Shown here piece after piece: positions 1-13,200 of a stretch of DNA of 64,000 nt. The DNA is taken from positions 854,091 to 918,090 of the forward strand of contig NW_003314279.1 of the NCBI RefSeq assembly GCF_000143415.4. Reading direction: 5' to 3'. Position 1 is the first letter of the stretch. Each line of letters opens with the position of its first letter. Under the pieces are notes generated by a model. The model was not told the DNA's origin. It saw only the letters and a program-made list of their open reading frames with translations, and made no database searches. The DNA comes from Selaginella moellendorffii. Taxonomy: Eukaryota; Plantae; Lycopodiophyta. Position numbers and translations under genes: made by a program.

Positions 1-123
1 ATTCAGATTGTGGAGAAATGGAACAAGGCTAACCTATATATACTATAGGTTGATGAAGCTCCACCACTCTTGGATCGAGGACAGCCTAAATACAGCTGAG
101 GTCGAGGAGGCGCCACATCATCA

Positions 124-275
124 TCAGGAATGTGGCTCGAGACTCAGGAATCGGGAAGTGTCTCGAGAGTCAGGAATAGGGAAGTGTCTCGAGAGTCAGG
201 AATAGAGAAGTGTCTTGAGAGTCAGGAATGTGGTCTGCAGGTCAGGAATCCGGCGAGAGTCAGGAATGTGGCAAG
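124..275. repeat. Irregular tandem repeat with core TCAGGAAT (7 units, 18-26 bp)
   Basis: TCAGGAAT starts at 124, 144, 170, 196, 222, 242 and 260; three consecutive 26-bp units TCAGGAATcGGGAAGTGTCTCGAGAG. Confidence 0.85.
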
Positions 276-289
276 AATTGGGGGATTCC

Positions 290-3245
290 TGACATCAACG
301 ACCACATTCTTCAAAGTTCAGTGAAATGTCACACTTGCATTCTTGGCAAACAAACCTGTTGTACTTTCAAACTTGCTGTGATTAGAAGCACTCGTCCCTT
401 GCAGCTCATTCACTCAGATGTTTGTGGACCCATGCGACTGTTTGCTTAGAATGGCACGAAGTATTTTGTGACGTTTACAGATGATTTCTTCAGGCATACG
501 GATGTCTTCTTTCTTCGTCACAAAGATGAAGTCTTCAGCAAATTTAAGCAATTCGTAGCAGAAACCGAAGCAAAAACTGGTTAGAGGGTTGGTTTTTTAA
601 GTATTGATTCAGGAGGGGAATACATCAACAAGTCCTTTCAATAGTTCTGTGCTGAATGAGGAATTCTTCATCAGAGCTCTTGCTCTCATACCCCTCAACA
701 GAATGGAGTCTTTGAGCGCAAGAACAAGACAATCATGAACATAATTCGGTGCTTCCTTCAAGAATCAGGACTACCAAAATTCCTCTGGGCTGAAGTAGTC
801 TAATCAGCTATGCACATTCAAAACCTCCTCTCTCATTCTCACAATCCCAACAAGATCCCAACAAGAAGAGCTTTGGACTGGTCAAAGATAATCAATGGTG
901 CATCTCAGGCATTTTGGTTGTTTAAGCTTTGCAAAAAGGGTTGATGAGCATCTCAGCAAGTTGGAGAGCAAAAGCAAGCTGGCCTTTCTTGTTAGATACG
1001 ACTCCAATTCAAAAGGATATCACCTGTACCAGCCTGGTAATCATCAAGTTTTTCTAAACACTAACGTTCGTTTTGATGAAGGAACACTCTACAAAGATCA
1101 CATTCAAGAAGAAGGAAGCTCAGATCAAAACGTGAACTGGACTCCGGAAGAATGGAGTTGGGATGGTGCTAAAGACATTGATGAAGATGACGATGATCTG
1201 ACAATCATCTATCCCTCATCTCCTTCAGCAGATGACCATCCAACACCAGTCTCTAGATCTTTTCTTCTTGAAGAACAGGGTGATGCTACTCATTATGCAC
1301 GAACTGGAGAAGTCGATAGGCTCATACGTGATCTACCATTCAACGTAGAGAACTATGGGTGGGCATCACCTGGACAATCAAGTAGAGCACCTCATCCCAA
1401 GTAGTGGTCTTTTGCAGCAACAGAAATAGCTTTTGAACTAGTCAACTTTGAGCAAGCAATTCAAGCTCCTGATGCAGATAAGTGGATTTCAACAATGCAA
1501 GATGAGTTGAATTCTCTTGATGAGAGCCAAACTTATGACTTGGTGGAAGCTCCTAAAGGACGTGAAGTTGTCGGATCATGCTGGGTGTTCAAGCTTCACA
1601 GAAATCCTGATGGATCGGTTCAGCATTACACGGCAAGACTTGTTGCTCAAGGATATTCACAAGTTCCTGGAGTGGATTTTGATGAGACGTTCTCACCAAT
1701 TGTGAAGCAGACAAGTATCAAAATGCTTCTAGCTTTTTCAGCAGAGTTTGGTTTGCACGCACATCACATGGACATAAAAACAGCCTTCCTTAATAATTAA
1801 GGAAGGCTGTTTTTATAGTCCCTGTGAATTTTGGGTTTGAAACACAATCCTTCGAGTTCCTATTATAGGAACTCGAAGGAGGAGATATTTATGCAGCAAC
1901 CCCCAGGCTTTGAGCTTTTTGGATCATGGCGCTCTGAACTTGTCTACAAGCTTCTCAAGGCTCTTTATGGCCTTAAACAGGCTTCCTGTCAGTGGTATGA
2001 ATGTTTGGATTCTTTTCTTATGGGTTTTGGTATGTAGAGGTTGAACAGCGATGGAAATCTGTATCTTCTTTAGCAGAGTGATCACTTTGTTGTGATGGCA
2101 ATTTATGTGGACAACTGTTTGATTGTCAACAACAATGACACTATTTTGAAGGATGTGAAGATCAAGCTCATGGACCGGTTTGTGATGAAGGAGTTAGGAG
2201 CTATGTGGCAGCTGTTAGGGATGGAAGTTGACAGGGATGAAGCAAACAGGACAATCACCCTCACATAGTGCCAATATGTGAAAAAGCTTCTCAACTAGTT
2301 CAACATAACAAGTTGCAAATCCGTGGCTACACCAGTCATCACTGGCATCAAGTTCACAAGCAAGATGGATGATTTCCTTGGTCTACCGATCACTTGTTAG
2401 AGGACTACTCTACCTCGCCAACATGACTCTCCCTAACATCTCCTTTGCTGTTGTTCTCCTCAGCCAATACATGCAGTCTTCAAGTTGTTATCATTGGCAG
2501 ATGGTGAAGAGAGTTTTGAGATATTTGAAAGGAATGGCTGCTCATGGATTGGTTTACAAATGCTCAGGTCAGTCCAAACTTGTTCTTCAAGCTTACTGCA
2601 ATGCAGATTGGGCTGGCAACTTAGATACATGACATTCAACCTCTGGAATTTGCTACATAATTGCTGGTGCTCCAATTTCATGGGGAAGCAAGAAGCAAAC
2701 GATAGTTGCTCTTTCCAGTGTAGAAGCAGAGTATGTAGCTGCCAATACAGCTGCAAGGGAGATCATCTAGCTTCATCAATTACTTGGAGAACTCAATCAA
2801 CAGTAATCAGATGTGACCATTTTGCATTGTGACAGACAAAGTGCAATTGCCATGTCAAACAATTTTGTGTTTCATGCTTGTACGAAACATATAGACGTGC
2901 AGCATCACTTCATTCACGAATGTGTAGCAGCCAGAGATCTTCACCTGGAATATGTTCCTTCACAATATCAATTAGCAGACCTTCTAACCAAGCTACTTTT
3001 GGAGCTCACATTCATCAAGCTGAGGAATCAACTTGGAGTGTCAAGTTCCCTCAGCTTGAAGGGGGTGTGTAAGAATAATGATGAACACGACAAGCAAGAG
3101 GATTCATATCAGAAGCAGTTTGGATCATGATCAGATCTCTGGTGATTTCTTATTTGATTGAAGTTGTATATATATATAGCCATACATGAATCAATGCATG
3201 TGTTGAAGTGAAATCTATTATTCTTGCTCCACTTTTCTTTCAACA
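290..3245 (+). mobile_element. Degenerate Ty1/copia LTR retrotransposon (integrase-RT-RNase H, PPT, 3' LTR); 5' part missing
   Basis: Copia domain order: CHTCILGKQ, LIHSDVCGP, DSGGEY and PQQNG (integrase); WVFKL, ARLVAQGYSQVPGVDF, KALYGLKQ and YVDN (RT); YCNADWAG and TKHIDVQHHFIHE (RNase H). Many in-frame stops and frameshifts. PPT GAAGGGGGTG near 3058-3067. Confidence 0.93.
3068..3245 (+). repeat. Probable 3' LTR of the copia element (about 178 bp)
   Basis: Starts TGTAAG directly after the PPT, ends TCAACA, and has a TATATATA tract near 3167. Confidence 0.65.
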
Positions 3246-4305
3246 CATTGGAGGTGGAGCATATGTGCTAGTAGATGCTAACAAATGTAAGCTCCCACAC
3301 AGTCACCACCACTCCCACCTCAAATGCTTCATTCGGTGAGGCATTCCTCTTCTCTTTTTTGTCATTTGGTTTTTTTCTTTCACTTTACTTTCACAGTTTT
3401 TTCTTGCTTCCAAAGGGTGTTTTTCCATTAGACCATGGCTCTTGCGTGGATTTTGTGCTCAAGTTGCATTGTCATTTGTATAGAGGCTCCTCACTTAACT
3501 CAAGTTATGTTTTAGGTTCTTTGGCCCTTCCCTCACCATTACTTTACTTTATATATTCCTTACACACATTTTATTTCATTTATACTCACAACTCCATCAC
3601 CAATCACTTCCAGCAACATTGCCTGCATTTATTTCCAAATGATCATCCAGATTTCTATTTGAGGTCATCTTTACATTATACCATAGACATATATACACAC
3701 ATCAGCAACAACAACTATTTGGACATGCTATTTTTTAGATATCATTGTGACTAGTTATCGATAACGTGCTAGCTTTTATAGAGAGACTTTCTTCCAACCA
3801 AGTGAACCTATTCCCTCAAGACACTTAGATGGATCCTTAAACAAGGCCAACTTCCTTCAGCTCTAACACTTAATGGACACTTGCCACCTTTCTTTATTGG
3901 CAATCCAATGACTATGCCATCTTTTCCAATCGTAGTTTACTTCAATCCAACATATCAGACCACAAGCTTGACACATGTAGATATGGCAACTTTCTTAGAG
4001 TGCCACCACCATCTTGGCATTCCACCGTATCACCTCATTTTTCATCATTTCTACATTTACCATTCTTGGGCAATACATCCCTTCTTTTACCTTTCTTTCT
4101 TTCTCAATTTTGGTTAGTCCTTGGAACATACATGAAGTTATCACAAGATTACATTTACATATTACAATTTCCTGAGCTGAAATCCAAGCAAAAGTTAAAT
4201 TCTTGGGTATTCACTCTTTTTCTTCTCTTTTACTTCTCTTTCCACACTTTTTTTCACTTTTTCTTTTACATCAAGGTCCAATTTAACTACAAGATTTCCT
4301 ATTAG

Positions 4306-4564
4306 GGGATGTAAGTAAAGTAAGGATAATGGGTAAATTAGGTATAGCTAACCAACCTGAGGCATAATTTAACTTTTACTTGTATATTTATCTTTGTTTT
4401 ACATTTAGCTTGGGTTTAAGCCTAAGTTCCAGATTATGTTAGTTGGTGAAATACCCATATCCTTGTATTAGGCCACCAATATACTGAAATAATGCTAAAC
4501 TCTGTTTAGCTCCATTTTGTGTGCTAGTCCTAGTATTAGGATGTTGGATACTTTAGCACTATTC
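4306..4564 (+). repeat. Decayed fragment of a family C LTR, interrupted by insertion of element A1
   Basis: Aligns by eye with 60730-60975 and 31060-31297 (CCAACCTGAGGCATA, TTGGGTTTAAGCC, GGATGTTGG..ACTATTC). Confidence 0.75.
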
Positions 4565-5695
4565 TGTAAGGAACCAACTCCCTGAGGTGTCGAAGGCTAA
4601 AGGATCCCCAAAGGCATGACCACAATGATAAAGAGTTCATCGGATGAGACGGAGTCCAAGATCAACTCGAAGACCAAGTTCGAGATTGAGTCCAAGATTG
4701 AGTTCGAGACTGAGTCCGAGACCGAGTTCGAGATCGAGTCCAAGATCCGATATCGGGTCCGAGACCGAATCTGAGATCGAGCCTGAGATAGAGTCCAAGG
4801 TCGGGTCCAAGATCAAGTTCAAAATTGAGTCCAAGACTGAGTCTGAAGTCGAGTCCAAAGTTGAGTTCAAGATCAAGTCCAAGATCAAGTCCGAATACTA
4901 ATACAGGTTGTGGGGTGAAAGCCCAAAGAGTGTGTCTCTTGGGGGGCGGGGGAGCTGCAGGGGGTTCCAAAAGTATAGTAGGGATAATGAGGTTCAGGAA
5001 AGAACTCTCTAGTGGTGTTTCCACACTGACTTAAGGTTGAGACTAGGGTCGAGAGGCCTTGGGTGGGAGTGAGTATGGACTTGGGTGGGGCCAGAGGGGC
5101 CACCCAAGGAAGTGCTCAAGAGCAACTCCCACTCCCAAAAGGGAAACCAACTATGGTGCTCCCGACTCTTGAGGAGTGGTGCCCCGCTTGAGTACCTTGT
5201 GGCTCATTGGTCCTCGCCCTTCCTAGGGGCTTGGGCCTTCCCTTCAAGATGGAAGTGGGGGGGGGGGGGGGGGGTGGGGGTAGAAGTATCTATATTGGGG
5301 CGTTAGACCATAGTGTTTCCCCTTAGCATCTGGAAGCAATTGTTGCACCCAAAGCTTGGGATTTAAAGAGTCCCATGATCAAGTCTTATTGTACTAAGGG
5401 ATGTTAGGAACCTAGAGGCTTGGTGTGCTTGGCTGCTTGTGCCTATGGGGAGTGTAGCCAAACCTTAAGTTCAATCTAACCCGGGGAGGGGGATTGGGAG
5501 ATATTTGGGAATCTGTGGATGGATGGTTAACACTCTGTTGCTTGTGTAGTGAGTATTTAAAACCAAGTAGGACCAAGTAGGAGCTGGTACAATAGGCGGG
5601 AACCTTGGCAAGGGAACTTAGCTAAGGCCAAGGCAGTGTTGGATGGATAGACGAGGTAAGCTAGCAAATTAGAAAGGAAAAATTTGTGGCTTACA
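4565..5695 (+). repeat. Family A LTR (5' LTR of A1) with internal 6-bp GAGTCC/GAGATC/GAGACC minisatellite (~4650-4895)
   Basis: TG...CA ends with TGTAAG/CTTACA inverted termini; homologous to 13552-14650, 18608-19758 and 24657-25280. Confidence 0.92.
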
Positions 5696-5774
5696 ATTTG
5701 GTATTGGAGCCTTTTTCTCAGTTCTAGCGAAGGATAGAGGCAGATTGCTAGGAGATGGCAATGGTAAAGCAGAA

Positions 5775-8700
5775 ATGAACCAAGGTGGAGACGGAACCTC
5801 CTCTAGAGTTAGAGCCTCTGGTCGAATAAGAACCTAGGATGAGGAATCCTTGCACAAGGAGGATTCTAATGAGGAAACTTCTAAACAAGAGTCCGGTGGT
5901 GAGGTTCCGTCGTCCAAGGCTCGATTGGATGTTCTAGAAGGACAATTGGCATAGACCAATGCCTTGCTAAAGACTTTCGTATGCAAGCTAAAGTGTGATG
6001 AGAAACGGAAGAAAAACGAAAGACTGTGGATGTTGGTAGTGCAAAAGGTGCAGACCCTTCGGCAGGGAGTAAGGCAGAACCGAAAAAGGTCAAACAAACT
6101 GAAATGGAATTAGTCCCTCAAATGGTTCTCAAGTACAAACCAAAGCCCCCACTGATTTTCAAGGAAGTGAATGACTATAAGGTGGTGGAGAATTAGTTGT
6201 ACGATATAAAGGATTATTTCCAAGTGTTGTGGTTACCAAGCTTGGAGAAGGTCCCATATGCAAAACCATACTTAGTAGATAATGCCAAGCCTTGGTGGAG
6301 AATGATAAAGGCCAACAAAAGATCGGTGGCCACTTGGGAAATGATGAAAGTGAGGATCCACATGACTTATGTTCTTCCAAATGTTACTCTACACATAAGG
6401 GATGAGCTAAGTAAGCTAAAGTAAACTGGAACCATTCAAGAGTATGTGAATGGGTTTATAGCAAAGAGGATATTTGTCATGAATATGGGTTATATGGATG
6501 CATTCCATGCTTTCATATTAGGCTTGCAAACTTGGGCTCGCGGTGAGGTGATGCATTGGAACCCAACCAACTACAAGAAAGTGTTGGATGTGGCTCTCAA
6601 AGTGCATTTCAATGATAACTTGCGAAAGGGGAACATGACGGGGTCGGGGTCCATGTTTGGCAAAAGGGCCAAACCAAAGGGAACATATGGCAAAGGGAAA
6701 TTTAACAAGAGTTTTTCTAAGAATGAGTCCTCAAGGTTCTGAAAAGGTAGATTCAATGGCTAGTGAGCAAGTACGTGGGGGAGTCAAGCAAAAAGAGACA
6801 AACCCACAGATAAAAAAGGCAAGTGAGCTAGCAATGTGGGAAACACATATGCTTCAACTACGGTGAAGCGGGACACTTCTCGAGGGAATGTCCCTACCCA
6901 AAGAAGGCCAGAGCCAATATAGCTATTAAGTTAGGTGAAATCCAAACTAAGGTATGTGATCCAGTCCATAACTCAAAATTACTCATTACACGAGCAACTT
7001 TGGTAGAGAGTCATTTGCAACATCTACTAGCCCTCCGAGGGAAGCTCGGAGGTAGCTTTGTTAAGATCGTTATTGACACGGGCACTTCAAATAATTTTCT
7101 AGCTGTAGACATAGTTTGGCAAGCCAGACTAACAGTGCAATAGCTAGGACTATAGAGTTTGTTCAAGGTAGCCAAAGCACTGATGAGGTACTTCGATAAG
7201 CGAGAGTCAAAGTAGGGACATGAAAAATAGACATAGATTTCACCGTGTTAGACATGGTAGGATTTGACATAATCTTCGGGATGGATTGGTTCAATCGGTT
7301 CATAGTAGCCCTGCATGGACAAGGTAGAAACCTTGTGGTACTGGCAAATGCCCAGGGAGAATGATCCAGGGTGGAGGCCCAGGATTTAAAGGTAGGGCAA
7401 TGTAAAGCCAAAGACTCCTACCTAAACCTGGTGTTCACAAGAGGATAACTCACTAAATGAACCAAGACAACATTTTTGTGTTTACTCTCAGCAAAGAGTG
7501 ACAAAAAACAAGAACGGAAGAAGTACGTTTAGTGATCCAGCGGGTGTTGGACCTATACCATGCCGGAAGAGCTACCGGCAGGGTTGGCCCCCGCACGATT
7601 GATAGAACATAAGATTGATTTAGTCAAGGGTGCTAAGGTGGTAGTTCATCCCCCATATTATTTGAACAAAAAGAAACTTGAGGAGCTCAAGCACCAACTA
7701 AAAAAGTTGGTGGACAAAGGGTATTAGGTTAAGCAAGTAGCCATATGGGGCACCTGTAGCGCATGTGATCATGGGATGAAATTTGGATATACTGTCACCG
7801 TGGATCCTTGGAACCTTGGGGGATAAATGGGGATAAAATAGCCACTAAGGGCTCTCTCATCAAGCAATTGCCCCTTTTCCAGTTGGCTTAAGGGGAGAGA
7901 GATAAGGTGCGCTACAGTTGGTATCAGAGCAAATGGCACGGGTTCGATTCCATTGATTAGTGGCTACTTAAAAAGTATAATATACCCTTGAGCAAGGTAT
8001 ATTCCTACCCCTAAATTTGAAATCGTACGTATTGGGCATCCATGCGTACGTCCTTCCTCTTGTGTGGAGTATCCACGGATGAAGGTATCCACCGTGGGAC
8101 TACGGTACGGGTGAATGACTAGTTGCCTCACATGGAATAGCTAGTCTACACAATGGAAGGATTGGTAGATTGAGTGCGGAAATGGAGGTGCTGGTTCCCC
8201 TTGGCTCAGTAGGGGTTGTTAGTCAATAGTCAATATGGACATTGACATCTCTGAAGGGGGGGTGAGTGTAACGCATGTGATCATGGGATGAGATTTGGAT
8301 ATACTGTCACCGTGGATCCTTGGAACCTTGGGGGATAAATGGGGATAAAATAGCCACTAAGGGCTCTCTCATCAAACAATTGCCCCTTTTCCAGTTGGCT
8401 TAAGGGGAGAGAGATAAGGTGCGCTACAACACCGGTGTTATTTGTGAAAAAGAAAAATGAATCTATACAGATGTACATAGACTATTGGTTGCTCAACAAG
8501 TATACAAAGAAGAACAAGTACCCTTTGTCAAGGATTAAGGACATGTTTGATAGGTTGGGAAAGGCAAAATAGTTCTCGAGGATTGACCTAATGTCATGAT
8601 ACTACCAAATCAGGCTAGCAAAGGAAAATGTCAAGAAGACAACATGTCGAACAAGGTATGAGAGCTTTGAGTTTCTGGTGATGCCCTTTGGGCTATGCAA

Positions 8701-8782
8701 TATGTCGACAACGTTTTTGGCACTGATGAACCACATCTTTATACCCTATCTGGATCACTTCGTGGTCGTCTATATTGACGAC
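5775..8782 (+). pseudogene. A1 gag-protease-RT (N-terminal half), disrupted
   Basis: Retrotrans_gag-like YLVDNAKPWW; zinc knuckle CFNYGEAGHFSRECP (~6850-6894); protease IDTG; RT motifs [20 protein letters not shown] and YIDD. Contains stop codons and a TRIM insertion. Confidence 0.88.
7755..8428 (+). mobile_element. Complete TRIM (miniature non-autonomous LTR retrotransposon), 674 bp
   Basis: Near-identical 162-bp LTRs at 7755-7916 and 8267-8428; PBS TGGTATCAGAGC 7919-7930; PPT GAAGGGGGGGTGAG; TSD GCACC/ACACC splitting the RT PYGAP codons. Confidence 0.95.
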
Positions 8783-10229
8783 TGTGAGACACAAAATCCC
8801 TAGGCCCCAAAGTGGAGCCAAAAGGCTGCCACGTGGTAGTGGCCGAAGCAAAAGCCAAATGAGTATAACACGTTTGGACTAAAAGCTCCGACTTGAAAGG
8901 TCGAGAGCAAGAGTGGAACTCCCAACGACGTGCTCAAGGAACAAGCACGGAGCAAGCAATAAGTGAGCCTCTAAAAAAGGGACACAAGAGGATCCGAGAT
9001 GAAGTCCGAAATGGACTGAGATGGAGTCCGAGATGGACCCGAGATGGAATCCGAGATAGAGTCCGAGAAGGACCCGAGATGGAGTCTGAAGTCGAGACCG
9101 AGACCGAGACTGGGATGGAGACCGAGACCGAGATCGGGACTAAGACTGAGACCAAAGCCAAGGCCGAGAACGAGCCTAAGCCCGAGTCTGAGTCTGAGTC
9201 CGAATCCGAGTCCGAGTTCAAGTCCGAGTCCGAGTTCGAGTCTGAGAGGGTGAAAGCCCAAAGCGTTCGTCTACCAGACCCTGGGGGGTTTGGTGAGCTC
9301 CAAAAGTATAGTAAGGGGGAGGACTGCAATGGAGCTAGTTTGGCCAGGAAAGGCCAGTTTGGCCTAGGAAGGCTGTACCCAATGTTGGGTGATGAGCTGC
9401 CCACTGGGAAGTCCAAGACTAGAGTGAACATGGACCGACAAGCGGGGTAGCTTTGTGAAGTGTTCAAGAGCCGGCTCTAGTTCCCCCAGGAGATTGACTG
9501 GCCAATGCTCCCAATCCAAGTGTGGGTGGCACTACCTACTTGGATACTTGGCGTGGCTCAATGAAACCTCGTTCTAAGCCCATGGCTAGAGCACCCAAAG
9601 GCAGAAGGTGGGGAGAGTACCTATGAGGCTCGCGTAAGGCTGCAGTGTTCCGAAATGTTGCCCCAAAGTCCTAGACTGTGGAAAGGAGGAGGAGCCATCC
9701 TCTAGTGTAGAGACCAAAGATACGGTCATGTGAGGAGGTAGTCCCAAAGGACTAAGGGACTTAGTGGTTGGACTTGTGGGCCTTGATCCAGTGGCAGTGT
9801 TAGTGAACACGGCCATGGACAAAAAAGGACTTGGTGGGGACTGGAAAAGGGATATTGGGGAAGGCTAATCCTCCTAAGGATGCTAACGAGTGGATCGGGG
9901 ATGATCACTCATGGATGGATGGCCCAGTCTTATAGAGATGGGATTGTGATGCAAGTGGTGTTAGACCACCGGTGTGACCAAGGTGAAAGGGCATGGCCTT
10001 AGCATAACAGGCTGATATGTCGATGGTACCTTGGGGTGTCAGTCATGGGATTGGACACGTGGAGCACTTGGACCAAGTGCAAAGGTTGAGTGGCGGGGGT
10101 GCCATTCTCGGGGCTAGCAAGCCCAAGTCCAAAATAGGACTTATTGAGGTTGTGAGTGAGACTCCTCCAAGTTGTCAAAAGTCGATGGTTAAGTGACTAA
10201 AAGTAGAATGGAAAAATTAGTCGGTTACA
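8783..10229 (+). repeat. Family B 5' LTR with GAGATGGAGTCC/GAGTCC-type minisatellite
   Basis: TGTGAG...GGTTACA, followed by the PBS; homologous to 20508-22591. Confidence 0.88.
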
Positions 10230-13200
10230 ACTTGGTATCGTAGCTGTTCCTTAGTCCGACTTTTATTGGTGCTCAAGTATATCACCACTTGTGTTGGCAT
10301 CGGAAGGTCCTAGGAGTGGGCCTATCCTTGAGGAGTAGCAAGTCAGGAATACATGGCTCTCCACTCAAGTTTATGCGTGAACTTGTGCGCAATATGGTGG
10401 ATGGAAAAGGGCCAATAAGGGAACGACTTTGAGATCTTAGGAACAGTATAAGGGTTTCCTTAAAGAGTTGAGGATGTGATCCAAATGAGCATTTGATGCA
10501 ACAAATGGGCTAATATAGTTATGGTAAACAACTATAGTTGGGATCACGGGAAAGATGCAGACTCCAAAACAATAAAGGAGTCACAAAATTACCCTCATAT
10601 AGCTGAGGTTAATGCTCATAAATTTGAGACTGGAATTAATAACCATGGGAGGTCAAATATGAAAGAGGACATAAGTCCTTGAAATAGTAGCCAGGGCTAC
10701 CTCTAATAAATGCTGGAACAACCCAAGGAGTTAGGGGTGTAGTTAGAGGATGAGTTGATATACTCATCACATGGGCAAGTGGTCATAAGGGGCGAAAAAC
10801 TGCCCCTAGAGAACAAAATCAAGTGTTGAAGTGACACTTGCAAAGATAGTCTTTGTGAGTAGGACATGAATACAAAGAATTGTATTCCAGTGAGCTGGCA
10901 CCTCAAAAGTAGGACCTCATGGGTCGTCAAATTAATAAAGTCTAAAGAGCTGGATGACTCCAATAGAGTCAAGGAACAATCCTAAAAGATTGAGGGAAGC
11001 ATTTGGACTGAGGTGTGTTGAACCCCACAAAGGATGGGGGGGATCATGGGATCTAAGTAGGAGAACAAAGGGTATCTCATCGAAGGCAGAATATGCCATA
11101 CTAAAGTTGTGGGAAAGGTGTTCCCCAAAAGAAAGTAACTTCGGCATAAAGTTGTGTGTGAACACTATGGTGCAGTGCTAACTAATAGTTGGTATAAGAG
11201 ACAACTGTATTGGTCTTTGGCAAAGACCTAAACACAAGTAAGAAATGTCATAAAGGTAGGCTTATGGAGTTGATGGTGTGGAAACACCGAATGTGCCAAG
11301 GCGTGCTACCTTGAGGTCAAGTTGGCGGGTTCATGAGAATCCCTTCCAAAGGAATCCCAATGGAAATGGGAATAGCATAGCCTAAGCTGGAAAGCATGCG
11401 GTTAGAGTGTGGTGACCTAAATAATGATGGAGGTGTGGAAGCACCAGCAAAGAGTTGTAGGACTTGACAACTATAAGGCAACTAAGCAAAAGGTGCAAAA
11501 TAATTGGTTAAATTGGTAGAAGGTAACTACCTAAGACTTCTTATGGGGATAAGGAAGTTAATTATACCCTTATGGGGGAGAAATTGCTTATGTTGCGAAA
11601 TAGTAAGTCAATATTGTAAAGGGAATGCTCATTGCCAAAGAAAGCCATCATTGGGACCCCCAAACATTCTAAAACACCAGGAAAGAAATGGTGTTTGGTG
11701 TCGCGAGGGCATTAGATAAGGCCCAAAGGACTAAGTCCCTAGTGAATGACAGATAGGAGGTGCTATCCAAATGTCCAAGGCTCTAGAGACAGGAGAAATC
11801 TGTTTACCCGATTTGGACAAAGCCAAAAATGGGATTTTGGCAAGGTTAGTGATGGGCATATAGAGGCCCATAAGTAGCAACATTAACTCCGGTATGTGGG
11901 ATTATAAGGTGAGCATGCCCAGATTGAAGAACCACTCCCTAAGCTATTGGGTAGGTTCATCCCTATAAATACTTACTAAGGCATGGTAGAAGGTGCAAAG
12001 CTATCCTCTTAGTCTGGAGGAGAATAACCAAAGGAAACACATGAGGCCAAAAGGCAAATAATATTGAGATGGAACTAAACCATAAAAAGCGAAGGGAATA
12101 ACCAATGATGGTTATGCAAGTTGGGAGTGGAGAATCAAGAGGGTGCTCAAGAATGTTGTTATTAACAACCACGATGCCATGAAGAGTCTAAAATGTGGAA
12201 TTATCCATGTTAGACTATATAGTGAGTAGAGAGCTTGCGAAGGAGAAGCCTTAGCAAGCTAAGGAATAAAGTTCCTTGAAGGTTCCCGAAGACAATTCTA
12301 GGTAAAGTACCTAGAAAGCCAAGTGTAAATAGTTCCTAGAGTGCGCAAAATCAGAGTGGTGCAGTAGAAGCGTGGTCTTGAAGCTGCCTATGAGGCGAGG
12401 CTATCAAGGTTGGGGAAGTAGTTCCCAAGTGTTCAAAGAGAGGGCTTTGAATAAAGTCGATGGTTAAGGACTTTCACGCTTATGCATGAACCATATCACG
12501 GTGGCCGGATGACTTGCTAAGCGAGATTGGCGAGTCAGGGGAATAAATCCCTTAGTTGAAGGTGCTAACTTCAAAAGGGGTGGCCCATGGGGCTAGGCAT
12601 GGAGAAGTCTATACATGATCACAGACTTGTCAAGCGAGAGGACTTGGCAGTGCGGAGGAACTAGGTTCTTAAGCTGTGATCTATAGCGCGCTTTAAATAT
12701 AAGTTAGTGCACTGGCATGGGGAGTCACGCTAGACATCTTGTGTGATGCCGTATGTAGATGCATATACAGAGGTTGAGTTCGAGTCCCGACCCTCTAGTG
12801 CTTGGGTTCGAGTCCCAAATCACTAGGGTGTGGTGATGGTTTGGAATATGAAGACACTCATATTTTGGTGGTCATGGACTCTCAATGATGGGATTGGCTT
12901 GGGCACACCACCGAGTGGGGGATGCCCCGGAGTTGTGATGCACAGTTAGATTGCTTAGAGTGAAAGTTTGGCATATCTAACTTGAACACTTTAGTGCAAA
13001 GAGCACCAAGGATGTGGTGAATGAGATGGGGACACCCAATCTCAGTTGCTATGGATCCTTGGCTGGAAGGGCTGGCTTGGGCGCATTGCCAAGTGTGGGG
13101 GATGCCATCGGGGTCATAGTCAACAATTTAAAAGGGTTTGGAAAACCTAGTACCTATTGGCAAACTCGGTAAAGTGCCAAGGTTAGATCACTAGGTGGTC

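Noticed and set aside
124-275. CRISPR-like appearance of a constant core with variable spacers
   Set aside because: The core is only 8 bp, the spacers resemble each other, the context is eukaryotic and there are no cas genes.
4637-5034. Low-complexity ORFs on both strands (also ~8900-9470, 13470-14060, 18540-19075, 20700-21030, 24730-25070)
   Set aside because: They are translations of LTR hexamer minisatellites.
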